A stretch of 64,000 nt of DNA from Octopus bimaculoides (GCF_001194135.2 NC_068987.1:84552676-84616675); one strand, 5' to 3'. Positions 1-12,184 are shown, numbered from the stretch's first letter. Notes: generated by a model not told the origin, from the letters alone. Made by a program: numbers and translations.

Positions 1-1593
1 TTTGCCAAAACGGTATTGGGCAGTAATCTGCGAATTTTTTGAACACAAGTTAATATCAAATCGACACCCTGACTCAAGGAACTGTCCAAACCCGTCGATA
101 GTATGTCGCCAGAGTGATATAAATTTCAATTTGTCTCCTCCCATTTCTGGATGAGGCTGATCAACCAAAAATATACTAATGGAAATAAATATGAACAAAA
201 TTAATAACAAATATTTCTCAAGATAAAGATAAGTAGTATTAAAAAATCATATATCTCCCTACAGACCAAGGATTGTAACCGCCAAGATACTAACAAAAAC
301 TAAAGCAAACTGCAAACCAGACCGTTACGTACTTAATATAAACGAAAAAGAATTCGCTTACGCCAAGTTGCCAAGATAAGCACACACTCCGTCAGATCCG
401 CTAATACAGAATTACAAAAAATCATAAACCATACCAAACAAATTGGAGGGCAAATATGTAGAGAGAGAAAATAAAAGAAATTAGTTAAGCTTTAATATAA
501 GTAATAACTACTCATATATATTATAGACGCAATTATGAAAATCGAAACAACGCTTGTGACGAGAAATACTTTCTAAATAGTATCAACACAAACACGTTGA
601 GACAATTAGTTGAACGAAGCAGCATTCAACTCCAACCTGAAAAGTTTATGAAAAACATGTGACTATACTTCTTATATGTGGGTCGTGGAAATGTTATCTA
701 TGAATAAAATAACAGCATTAGAAAGAAAGATGAAATACTTCTTGATGAAATGTCATCCATAAATGGCAAAGAATTCTGTAGATACAGACAGAAGGAGACG
801 TATAAAGCAACCAAATTCATAATATTTTCATAACAAGAGGCATCTTTCAACTAATTTCTAGTGTCCGCCTGTCAGAGGAAGTTCTTGGGAAGGCAATAAG
901 ACAGGACAATATTGCACAAGATCTCACTTCGGACGATCCTTTCAAACTGCTATTTTCTTTTTTAGTCTTCATTATTGATGTGATGTAATTCGGCAAGGTG
1001 GCAGAATTTTTGTGTGTCGGGAAAAATATTTAGTCGCATTTCTTCCAGCATTAGTCCTAACTTCAGATTTATTCCGATGTCTTGTTTTCTCCTTTTCATC
1101 TTTTCGCGGTCGATCAAATAAAGAACCAGTTGAGATCGAGGGTCATCGCCATCAACTATCTCCACACTTCCAAAATTTCTGGCCTTCTGCCCATAGTAAT
1201 AAGAATTATTTTCGTGATATGAGAAGACGATCGTGTGCGCATGCATTTTGTTGTTGTTGTTGGTGTTGTTGGTATTATTGTTACTTTTCATTATGCTATT
1301 CAAATTTGTGTTTTCGGAAATTAAATTGTGACTGGACGTAAGAGAGTATTAAAATATTTTAATATCATTTTTCTCTGTTCCTCTTCATATTTTTTCAATT
1401 CATTTATTTATTTGTTTATTCGGAATTATGTTTATCTTTTAATTTTAATTTTTTTTTGTGTGTGTTAAAAAAATATATTACTGTTTCTTGTTTCCTTTTC
1501 GATGACTCGCTTACTTCAGTAAGCTAATTCATGGTTATTTTCTAATTTTGTTTCCAAGCTTACTGCTCCGCCTAGTAAACAATGTCATTTTCA

Positions 1594-1646
1594 TGTATGT
1601 ATATGTATATCTGTGTATATATATATATATATACACGCACACACAC

Positions 1647-1712
<66 letters not shown>

Positions 1713-1785
1713 TGTCTCTATTTATATATGTATGTGTATGTATATGTATATGTGTATATATATGTGTATATGTATGTATATATAG
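1594..1785. repeat. (TA)n / (TATG)n microsatellite complex
   Basis: Directly visible. Confidence 0.95.
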
Positions 1786-3325
1786 CGGTGTGTGTTTGTG
1801 TGTTCATGAATTTCTGGAAACATAACTGAAGTTGTTTTTGACCTCTTGCCTCTCCCATGCATCACGTGGTACACAGGACACGTTTACTTGGCGTCCATGC
1901 ATCATATATGATATACATTCCCAATAGTACTCCTGTCTACCTCAGCTATTGATGCAAACCTTCCTACTTTCCAAACAACTCAAGTCTGTAAAACTAAGGA
2001 AAAGAAAGGTAAATAATATCTGTCCCATAAAACTAATCAATAAAACAAAACGGCCTTGAGATACGTCCATTCATGCCAAACACAAATGTATGATAATGAA
2101 TTTTGCATAGGTATAAGGCCTGAATATTAAATAGACCCCAGCAGCAGGTCTAGTTTTATATTTTATCTAACATGGAGGGATGGAGGCAAATTGATTTTCC
2201 ACGGCTGAATTCAGAACGTAAAGATCTGGATGAAATATTGTATTTCATTTTGTCCATTTTCTATAAATCGGTCACCAAAATGTAATAAGATTTAAATTAT
2301 TTTTTTACTAACTTTGTCAGACTGTCGGCAATTTTGAAAGGATTGGGAACGTCTATTACATTAACATCAGTATGCGGTTGGTACACATTTAATCAACTCC
2401 GAAAGGAGAAAAAGCAAAGCTGACTTAAGCGGGATGTAACTACAGAACGTTAAGAGCCGGAAAAAATTATTATTTATTTTGTCCGGTGTTTTATCGATTT
2501 TAGAAATACACTGTACCAGCAATAACAACCCTTTCTTCTTTAGGGACAATTTTTGAAACTTTAGGAGAAGCATTGCTGGTTCGAAATGAACTGTAGAGAC
2601 ACAGTAGGTTTCTTTTGGCAAACATGTCCACCAGACATATATTGTGGTGTAATTCTATACTGGAGTTATCTGCGAATATCACACTGTTGACTCATTGAAA
2701 CACGCTGACTTCCGGCTAAAATAATATGTCTTGTCTCTAGATCTGGCCCTGAAGTGATGGTAGTACCCGAGGGATAGTAAGTGAAGTGAATAAGTTCTAG
2801 ATATCTGTATGTAATTTCAATATTACAATCACCATAAGTCTTATATATATCGTTACCAGGGCAGTGTATTATTTAGGCAATCATCCGTCGTGATCTCCTG
2901 CAACCCTGTAGGAACTAACAACTCTTCATGCTTTCTCAATTATAACCTTGATTACCCTAGCAAATTGTTTGCATTTCCATGGCTTGCAGCACATTCTTTA
3001 ACACAAGCAAACATCGGTCCTGTCATAAGACAAAGAAAGTTTGAAACGACCGAGACTACCAACACGTTTCTCAACTGGGTTTTTGCTTATAAATCAGTTT
3101 TATTGTATTTACTGACTGTATCTCAATTAGTATTATAAACACTACTTTATTTAATCTAATCAACATCAAAATAATCTTTTTCATTCCAATTATGATTTAT
3201 TGTTTACACTCGTTCTCTAATTATCCACTTAACTTACTCATTAATTTCGCCATTGTTGGTTTTTTTATGCAACAATCGATCTATAATTTCTTAATCACAC
3301 TGTCGTTAATGTATGACAAATAATA

Positions 3326-3537
3326 TTTTCTACTTTAGGCACAAGGCCTGCAATTTGGGGGGGGGGACTAGTCGATTACATCGACCCCAGTGTTTCACTG
3401 GTACTTAGTTTATCGACTCCAAAATGATGAAAGGCATAATCGACCTCGGCGAAATTTGAACTCAGAACGTAACGGCAGACGAAAAACCGCTAAGCATTTC
3501 GTCCAGCTTGCTAACGATTCTGCCAGCTTTCCGCCTT
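3326..3537 (-). mobile_element. SINE family B (tRNA head; conserved central domain gccgaggtcgactttgcctttcatcc...gtcgataaattaagtaccag, MetaSINE-like by recollection)
   Basis: Full-length match to the consensus shared by more than 20 copies in the window. Confidence 0.85.
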
Positions 3538-3829
3538 CATATACGACACATAATATAACGTACGTTCAATTAGGTTCCCGTCATGAAAGTAAAAACGATC
3601 TCAGTATATACTGAAGCAGTATCTTTCAACGCGTTCTTCTTTATTCGCTTCTAACAATAGAAGAACTAGCTATATACGGGTTAATTTTCTTCGTATCCAT
3701 TTATATTGTCGTGGCAGCTTATGTTGTCATGGGCAAATTAAAATATTTTATTATTTATTCTTAGCCTAGAATTATACTAACGTATGGGCAGTGACTTTCA
3801 TATACTGAAAACTTACTTTTAAGCGTAGT

Positions 3830-4162
3830 ACTTATTCTCTTGGTCTTTTAGCCCCAGCGCTAAGTCACGGAGACCTAAACACATCGATACAGGGATGACG
3901 TGAACAGACCAACACCGGGGATCGTAAACACACCAACATCGTGGGACGTAAATATACCACCGGAGAACGTAAACACACACATATAGATACGAACACATAT
4001 TTATAGAACTGACTTATTTTAGCTTCCGTCTGCCAAATTCACTTACAAAGCTTTTTTCGGCCCGAGGTTACACTAGAATACACCTAAGGTTCCGATCAGT
4101 GGAACTGAACTCGAGACCGTATGGTGGAGAAGCAAGCCTCTTACCCTACAGCCACGCCTGCA
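3830..4162 (-). mobile_element. SINE family A (tRNA head, CORE-like body), old copy with internal tandem duplication
   Basis: Degenerate match to the family A consensus; about 4 repeats of a ggacgtaaacacacc-like unit. Confidence 0.65.
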
Positions 4163-4216
4163 CGCTACACTCGGTATAATCGGTTATACCGATATTTCAA
4201 ACAGTATTACCTTGTA

Positions 4217-4350
4217 CATTATTTACATTATTTACATTTGACGGGCATATAGCGTAGTGGTTAACAGCACGGGCTACTAACCCCAAGATTCCGAATTTGA
4301 TTCCAAGCAGTGACCTGAATAATAATAATCATAATAATAATTATGACAAC

Positions 4351-4412
<62 letters not shown>

Positions 4413-4623
4413 CATCAAAAACTACCTTAAGAATAAGAACCAAGGTTCGAAATTTTCCCAAGACACCTGATGAAGGCTGGACGGTATATCAGCCGAAACG
4501 TTGTTTTAACAACAAACAAGAGGAAGACAAATATCCGTCAAATGTAAATAATGTAAATAATGTAAATAGTGTAAATAATGTAAATAATGTGCATAATTCC
4601 TCATCTCTTAAATATAGAACTGT
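4217..4623 (+). mobile_element. Family C copy 1: tRNA-head / (AAT)n / hammerhead-tail element, full length, with a short inverted tail copy at its 5' end
   Basis: Head GGGCATATAGCGTAGTGGTTAA...GAATTTGATTCC starts at 4243, with A- and B-box-like motifs. Hammerhead fold at 4462-4507, then an (AATGTAAAT)n tail. TSD agtattac[c/t]ttgta at 4203-4216 and 4624-4637. Confidence 0.85.
4462..4507 (+). ncRNA. Minimal type I hammerhead ribozyme motif (family C, best-preserved copy)
   Basis: gacac-CTGATGA-a-ggctg(gacggtatat)cagcc-GAAA-c-gtt-gtttt. Core intact, 5-bp stem II, palindromic ACGU stem III, GUU site; one stem I mismatch in this copy. Confidence 0.65.
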
Positions 4624-5156
4624 AGTATTACTTTGTATTACTCAAATAACATACTCGGCCAAATAACAGTCGCTGGAATTTCAAAGTTAAAATGTTGAGG
4701 CTAAATGATCGAGTGTCTCTTGTATTAATTAGGAGGTGTGCAATATTGTTTGCGTGGTTGCGCAAAATTTAATTGTTTCGTTAGTTGTCGTATTAATGGA
4801 ATTGTCAAGATGGTGGCAGTGATAGTTACCGGGGAAAGAAAGGGAGTCGAGGGTCTTTTTATCCTCTCGTCCAAGCGTGAAAATGAAAACCCTAATATCG
4901 ACGAACCACCTGGTTATCAACCATTTCATGATGGATGCAATGGAATATGAATAAAAGATTAGTTGTTGAGGGAATAATTTATCTCTTTTCAGCAAAATGG
5001 TTAAGAGAAAATTTAAAGTCTAATTTCAGAGGATTAATGATCCCAACATAATGCCTTCAGCATCTACAGTGATTGCAGAAATAATGTTTTCAACAACTAC
5101 ATCAACAGGTAAACGAAATAATACAAACATGCATACATACATACTTTGCGCTTATT

Positions 5157-5194
5157 TCTTTCTGTAGAAGAGCGTAGGTTCGAAACGTCAAAGA
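5157..5194 (+). ncRNA. Hammerhead-like motif, family D (A6U variant)
   Basis: tcttt-CTGTAGA-a-gagc(gtag)gttc-GAAA-c-gtc-aaaga. 5-bp stem I, 4-bp stem II, GUC site. Confidence 0.55.
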
Positions 5195-5267
5195 CTTTTC
5201 CATTGTTCCTGAGCGCCAAACTTGTCTCCTCTCTCTTTTTCAATAAAAGTGAACTATATACATATCT

Positions 5268-5676
5268 ACTCTTTTACTCTTTTACTTGTTTCAGTTATTT
5301 GACTGCGGCCATGCAGTAGCACCGCCTTGTAGTCGAGCAAATCGACCCCAGGACTTGTTCTTTGGAAGCCTAGTGCTTATTTTATCGGTATAGTTTGCCC
5401 AACCGCGAAGTTACGGGGACGTAAACACACCACCATCGGTTGCCAAATGATGCTGGGGGGGACAAACACAGACACACAAACATATACACACACATACATA
5501 TATATACATATATACGACAAGCTTCTTTCAGTTTCTGTCTACCAAATCCACTCACAAGGCTTTGGTCGGATCGAGGATATAGTAGAAGACACTTGCCCAA
5601 GGTGCTACGCAGTGGGAATGAACGCGAACCATGTGGTTGGTAAGCAAGCTACTTACCACACAGCCACTCCTGCGCC
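5268..5676 (-). mobile_element. SINE family A, full length
   Basis: Head gcgcaggagtggctgtgtggtaag, CORE-like gcaccttgggcaagtgtcttctactata, central (TA)/(TG) microsatellite, and (AAAAGAGT)n tail. Confidence 0.9.
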
Positions 5677-5692
5677 TAGTTTTTTTTTATTA

Positions 5693-5920
5693 TTTTACCT
5701 ATTTCAGTCATTTTGACTATGGCCATGCTAGAGCACTGCCTTTAGTTGAACGAATCAACCCCAGGAAGTATTCCTTGTAAGCCTAGTACTTACTATATCG
5801 GATCTCTTGCCGAACCGCTAATGTAAAGGGACGTGAAACATCAACATCAGTTGTCAAATGACAGTGGAGAGACACACTCAGACGCAAACATATCCATACA
5901 TACATATATAAATATATACT
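5693..5920 (-). mobile_element. SINE family A, 3' half
   Basis: Matches the family A 3' region; stops at a TA tract next to the LINE fragment. Confidence 0.8.
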
Positions 5921-5924
5921 TATA

Positions 5925-6311
5925 TAGTGAGTCCTTGTTGAGTGAGTTGAATCTAGATATAGGTGGCTTATCTGGTATTCCTTGAAGAAATTTGTCCAGA
6001 CTCCGTTTAAAGGTGATAGGATCCATTTCCTTTTTGATCAGTTTTCGGGCAATGTTAAACAGGGCAGGGCTTGTTGAGGAAAAGAAATTGTGTTGCAGTG
6101 TACCTATATGTTGTGATCCTGAATTGGGAAGGGGACTGTGGCTCGTGGTCCCAGTCTTGGATGAACCTTGAAGCTAATGTTCAGGTCGTTTGTGCAATGC
6201 TGGCGGTATATTCACCACATCGTGCAAATGATGTACTGCTCGCTTGAGAGAGTAAAGTTTCAAGGCTTTAAGTTGGTCCCAATAATCGAGATCGGTGATG
6301 CCCTTAATTCG
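5925..6311 (-). mobile_element. 3' end of a CR1/L2-like non-LTR retrotransposon ORF2 (frameshifted, stop-containing)
   Basis: Manual minus-strand translation with two frameshifts: RIKGITDLDYWDQLKALKLYSLKR / EQYIICTMW*IYRQHC...HPRLGPRA / ...FFSSTSPALFNI...FKRSLDKFLQGIPDKPP...NSL. This is the typical C-terminal tail of CR1-group LINEs. Confidence 0.75.
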
Positions 6312-6419
6312 TATACATAATTATTTATGTATGTATATGCGCCTTTTGGGGATTCTCTTGGTATATTGATACAAAGAAGGCGGTAGAAGTTTAAATGACT
6401 TGGTGCAAAAAAACCGCCA

Positions 6420-6900
6420 AAAATCCGCTAGTGGGTTAATCCCCAAAACCCCGAAACATTACTTGCTACAATTAACAACGAAATCACCAGTCATTCACTT
6501 ACCATCGTGGTCTTCCAATAGAAATATACTGGTATACGTAGTCAAAGATACAGAACTTAAAAGATGATATTAGAATGACTGACGTGACTGAAACTCATTT
6601 GATCATAAGTGTTTTTGAATAGGGAGACTGCAAAAGAAAACCGCTACGGAACATTTGATTGACTACTGAACATAAAACAAAACGAAGGTTGTGGGCAGGG
6701 CAGGATTTATACTTGCATTGCTATCCAGAATCAATCAATATTTGCAAGTACCACTGAAACAGAAAGCTGGCTGTGAATTGGGACGGCCTGTGGTCTAGCA
6801 AATTCGCTAACAGGGTAGTGAAATTGTCGAGAATGTCTTCGCTGAATAAGCTTGTGTTCACACCGCAATATAATCAGAACACAAAACTACTAGAAACAAA
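6420..6900 (+). mobile_element. Possible decayed LINE apurinic-endonuclease fragment
   Basis: One frame gives DIRMTDVTETHL, resembling the endonuclease ..TETWL motif; the rest is degenerate. Confidence 0.3.
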
Positions 6901-6960
6901 CCACCATTTTAAATCAGAGTAACCTAGAATCTATATTTTTCTTATCTGTATGTATTAAAT

Positions 6961-6962
6961 AG

Positions 6963-6995
<33 letters not shown>

Positions 6996-7160
6996 GTCTG
7001 TCTGTCTAACCATCTGTCTGCCTCTCTGTCTGTCTACCGATCGGTTGAGTGATCTATGTGTGTGTATTGTTTGCCTTTCACTCTCTTTCTATCTCATACA
7101 CACACAAACACACACACACACAAACACACACACACGCAAACACACACACACACACACACG

Positions 7161-7204
<44 letters not shown>

Positions 7205-7221
7205 TATATATATATATATAT
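6961..7221. repeat. (ATCT)n, (GTCT)n, (CA)n and (TA)n microsatellites
   Basis: Directly visible. Confidence 0.95.
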
Positions 7222-7311
7222 GGGAGAATATACAAATAATAACAACAGACGAGGACAGGTGGTGTAAATAACAAAAGTATATATTAGTATGACGCTCGGG
7301 AATACGGAAAG

Positions 7312-7348
7312 TCTTTGACGTTTCGAGCTACGCTCTTCAACAGAAAGA
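7312..7348 (-). ncRNA. Hammerhead-like motif, family D (A6U variant)
   Basis: The minus strand reads tcttt-CTGTTGA-a-gagc(gta)gctc-GAAA-c-gtc-aaaga; all stems pair fully. Confidence 0.6.
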
Positions 7349-8907
7349 ATACGGAGACAAGGAGAAAAACACGGAGAAAAAAAATTGAATAGTGTTCAGT
7401 CAACGGTCAAAGATAGGGGGAACTTCATATATTGCCTGTTTTGAGGTTCGTATATATATGTTTGAAAATGGAAGCAAATAAAGAAACTTAAAAAGAAAAC
7501 AAAACCTAGAAAATTTGATCAAGTGATACATTAATTGCTAATGAATCCGAAGGCTTGATCTTCGTTCACTGAGAAACACTGTAGAGAATTCTTTGATATC
7601 AGAATGCATTAGTTGTATCACTTGACCTAATAAAGCGCCTCTATGTTTTTGCTTGTACATCAAAAAATTGAAGCCAGATCTCTCTTAAAATTCACTTCGA
7701 TATCTTAAAGAAGAAAACAGAAACATCATGGTTGGAAAGTCTTTGTTTGTAGGTTTCGTTGAAGGTTAAACAGAACTAATACGAAAAATGACAGCATATA
7801 ACTTAAATGTTGTTGTACTATTGATAGCTACGTTTAAGGTGGCGAGCTAACAGAATAGTTATGTGTCTACCTGACGCACAACAAAAGGTTGTGTCACACA
7901 AAAGAAAACATTGAAAGATTGAAAGAGTTAACTATAAACTCATTGGCTTTTGAATGTTTATTTTTGCGTATAACATTTCGTTTGAGCTATTTTATTCCCC
8001 CTCGAGATCTGTAGTACAACTCATGTAAACAATGTGACAATGAATCGGTAAATATCCATATAACTGTAGGACGTCACACAGAGACTGAGATTCAACCTCT
8101 CCGGCGAATAAGAAAAAAAATCAAAACGGAAAAAAAAAACGTCAGATATTAATCTTTACATATATGACGACATCTTGAAGCATATATTAACCTCCACTTC
8201 AAGTATGGAACTAACATAACGCCTGCAAATATACTTTATAGTACATTTCTTTCAACTTACATTGCAGTCTTCTGTATATCACACTGGTTTATACGCTTTA
8301 ACACACATATCACGTTAAAAATATATTTCTTGTTTTTCACGACATAAAAAGCTATTTTCTTTTGTCTTTCTTCTTTCTCTGTAACTCACAAATAAAGACA
8401 GAAACATACATACATACGTATAATTTTACATAAATATGTTGGGCAACACCAAGTGAACGGTGAAGAAGCGGGCGACTTCTTTTTTCAAGAGTATACTCAA
8501 CATTAAAATAATAGGCAAAAATTATGTAAAAAAAGCTTTTGTATGAATATTATGAGTGTACAACCAAGGCTACCTGGACTAACGTTCTTAAACAGAAATT
8601 TGGAGGAGGAACACTTAATATATTGACTAAAGGTGTATATACCTCGAGATAGAAAACAATATAACACTAAGTAAAGTTATTGTCTCTGTGACAAATACAT
8701 CATCCTTCACATAGAAGGTTACGCCATTGCTATCCAGGAAAAGACTTCAGTTACTAAATATCTGTTATCAAGAAAGATAAGGATGCTTCTAATCCTCCAG
8801 GTTGCGACAGAAAATGTCGATTGTGTCATCCTCCTTGAAAATGTCCACTTCCTTCACATGATTAGTGGCATTATCTTAACAAAAAGAAAAAAAAAGAATT
8901 AGAATGC

Positions 8908-9186
8908 TGTTCTATATTTAAGAGATGAGGAATTATGTACATTATTTACATTATTTACATTATTTACAATTGACGGGTACTTGTCCTCATTTTGTTTGTT
9001 GTTAACACATTTCGGCTGATATACCCTCCAGTCTTTTTCAGATGTCTAGGGGAAATTTCAAACCTGAGAACCCAGCTTCAAAATTTCCGCAAGACACCTG
9101 ATGAAGGTTGGAGGGTATTTCAGCCAGAACGTATTAACAACAAACAAGATGAGGACAAATATCTGTCAATTGTAAATAATGTAAAT
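8908..9186. mobile_element. Family C copy 2: two headless tails in inverted orientation
   Basis: Minus-strand tail at 8908-~9065 is joined to a plus-strand tail at ~9066-9186. Exact 11-bp TSD aattagaatgc at 8897-8907 and 9187-9197. Both hammerhead cores are damaged. Confidence 0.8.
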
Positions 9187-10655
9187 AATTAGAATGCCGT
9201 CCACAAGAAGGATTATTCTGATGGACAAATACAACTCTCATGTTCTCAGCGAGCGAAAATCATATAAAGATCCAGTTATCAACTGCCTGAAAAACATGAA
9301 AACCACCCACAAAAAGCTGCTATAGTGAGGCGACACGTTTAATTTTGGCAGCTGAGAGAAATCGTTCTAGGTTGCAATAGATTCCTAAAACAAGAAACAT
9401 GATCAACCTAGTAGATCAAGTCGAGTTTTATCCTGCTTTGAGTGAAGAGTAACAGGGAAGAAATAGTAACTATAATCTTATAAGCCTCTTGTTTCATTTA
9501 AACTAGAAGTTTACAAAAGTATTGATACATCTCGTTGATCAACAACGAAATGAGCAAGTAACGTTTCGACAGACATCGTATATTCAGTCTAACGGCTTCC
9601 AGAATTAGCGAAATATTACAAGCTTCCTCTTAATATCGTCTTAGGTTGCAAAAACGTATTTGATAACACCGTGGGGAATACTATGCTGAAGTCCCTGGAA
9701 ATCCAAGAAGTCGATTGAAAAATCTCTTAAGGAAAGGATCTTGTGTTATACAAATGATACAATTCCGTTGTCGCCAACCAATAAGATTTCCAATCAAGAA
9801 GGGAGTCGAAGAAGAAGATACTATGACTCGAAATCTAGCCCCGACTTCAGTCGAAAGTGACAGTAGAGATATTGACTGGAAAGATGATGAAAACCCCAAC
9901 AGTGAGCTACTAACGCGTCTATAGTTATCAAACAATATCATGTACATCACAGAAACCTCAGATCAATAGGGAAAGATGCTCATAGACGAGAAAACTTCAG
10001 TTCACAAGTGAAACTCAAAATAAACTTGGCAATAAACCCTTCTGAAGTTTTGCGGCTGCTTCACTTGCATCGAATCTCGTCAAGATATGTGGCTACTATG
10101 CACTTTGTTTGGCTCCACAATATGTTCTCCAAACAAGAAATTCATAAACTAAATTATAGGCATTAGTCTTGAGAACCCCTTCATGATGATTAGACATCGG
10201 CTAAAGCTACCATTTTTTATAGTATTTATACCGTAAAACGGCTCAACCTAATAATCTTTACAAAATAATACATACACACACACACACATACACACACACA
10301 CACACACATATACATACATATCTGTGTGTGCGTATGTATAGGTCATTCTTAAAGAGTACTGAAAACAGTGAATTCGAAATTTCGGCCTCTTAAGACATCG
10401 TCGGGCTGCCGATGATGTCTTCAGTGGTCGATTACTTCGAAGCCACTGTTAACAATATTCTTCTTTACGAAAAAGCTTGTTCTCTACAAGTGTTGAGTAA
10501 TCCCTCATATTACTGCGAAATTATTTTCATTATAACTAAACACAAGAAAGCACTATCATATTTCTGTCTCTATCTCTGTCTGTCTCTATCTCTGTCTGTC
10601 TCGCTCTCTCTCTCTCTCTCACTATATATATATATATATATATAATATACATATA

Positions 10656-10818
10656 AGCGCTAGAGTGGCTGTGTGGTAAGAAGTTTGCTTATCAACGACT
10701 TGGTTCCGTGTTCAGTTCCACTCCGTGGCACCCTGAGCAAGTCACTTCTACAACAGCCTCGGGCCAACCAAAACCTTGTGAGTGGATATGGTAGACAGAA
10801 ACTGAAAGAAGTCCGTCG

Positions 10819-10855
<37 letters not shown>

Positions 10856-11085
10856 GTATATGTGTGTGTATATGTTTGTGTGTCTATGTTTGTTCCCCCG
10901 ACATCACCTGTCAACCGATTCTGGTGTGATTACGTCCCCGTAACTTAGCAGTTCGACAAAAGAAAAGGATAGAATAAGTACTAGGCTTACAAAGAATAAG
11001 ACCTGGGGTCGATTTGTTCGACTAAAAGCGGTGCCCCAGCATCGCCGCGCTCCAATGGCTGAAATAAGGAAAAGAAATAAAAGAA
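10656..11085 (+). mobile_element. SINE family A, full length
   Basis: Same head, core, microsatellite and tail layout. Confidence 0.9.
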
Positions 11086-11915
11086 ATATAGATTATTTAT
11101 CAATACACACACACACATATAATATATATACATATATATACATGTGTGTGTTTACGTACATATGTCCCCTTGAATGAGAATCTAAAGCACACACATTCGA
11201 ATGTGACTTCGGCATCGTTGCCTAAAACATTGCTCACACTACATATTATTATAACTATTTCAGAACATTAGTCCGTATCAGAAATACAAATGCATTGAAA
11301 TAAAAACCTGATACCTGAACTAAACATAATAATAATAATAACAATAACAACAACAACAACAATAATAATAATAAAAACGAATAAAATTTTCCAGAATATA
11401 ATTCAATGAGTCATTTTGACAGCACATGCTATTTTAGCCGAGTAATGAGTCAGGTGTCAGACACAAAAGCTGCTTTGTTGATGAAGAGGGTTTATTGTGG
11501 CAATGAAACAATTTATTGGTGATTTAGTCGCTCATTTCAAGAGTGTAGGAGAGAGATAGATCGTAGGAGATGATATATTTTAACACACATATACACTTAT
11601 ATTGTACAACAAAACGATACAATCACTTGGAAATTCATATATATTAGTATTTTTTATTGATGATTTATTTTACTGAAGTAAATATAATTTAATAAATGTT
11701 TAGTAAGGTGTTTTGTTAATAGTATATAATATATAGAGTGGAAACCGCTTATTGTAATCAATTTGGAACAGAAGCATTACATTCGATTAATAATGTCCGG
11801 CTGAAAACATTATACAAAATATATAACACAGTTCTATATTTAAGAGATGAGGAATTATGTACGTTATTTACGTTATTTACATTTGACGATATTTGTCCTC
11901 ATTTTGTTTGTTGTT

Positions 11916-11961
11916 AACACAACGTTTCGGCTGGTATACCCTCCAGCTTTCATCAGGTGTC
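11916..11961 (-). ncRNA. Hammerhead motif (family C), stem II closing pair mutated
   Basis: The minus strand reads gacac-CTGATGA-a-agctg...cagcc-GAAA-c-gtt-gtgtt. Stem I is intact; G10.1 is changed to A. Confidence 0.5.
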
Positions 11962-12013
11962 TTGGGGATATTTCGAACGTGGGTTCTCATTCCTAAGGTA
12001 TTTTTCGATGTTG

Positions 12014-12063
<50 letters not shown>

Positions 12064-12136
12064 ATCACTGCCTGGAGTCGGACTCGGAATCTTGATGTTA
12101 GTAACTCGTGCTCTTAACCACTACGCCATATGCCCC

Positions 12137-12184
12137 AACACTCCTGATGAAGGCTGGAGGGGATATCAGCGGAAACGTTGTGTT
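12137..12184 (+). ncRNA. Hammerhead motif (family C inverted copy), C11.1 mutated
   Basis: aacactc-CTGATGA-a-ggctg...cagcg-GAAA-c-gtt-gtgtt. Confidence 0.45.

Noticed and set aside
200-960. Possible decayed Penelope GIY-YIG C-terminal region
   Set aside because: Only vague resemblance in broken frames; needs a profile-HMM search of frameshift-aware translations.
2470-3130. Possible L1/Tx1 RT remnant on the minus strand (KIDKTPDKINNNFFRLLT; TSGPDL)
   Set aside because: Motif similarity is weak and fragmented; not supportable without a search.
4243-4317. tRNA gene call for SINE heads (families A, B, C)
   Set aside because: A and B boxes are present, but the acceptor stem does not close and each head continues into a repeat body; these are SINE promoters, not tRNA genes.
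9559-9590. Possible third hammerhead (minus strand CTGAATAtac...gtcGAAAcgtta)
   Set aside because: G8 is altered and stem II does not pair; single copy; too degraded to call.
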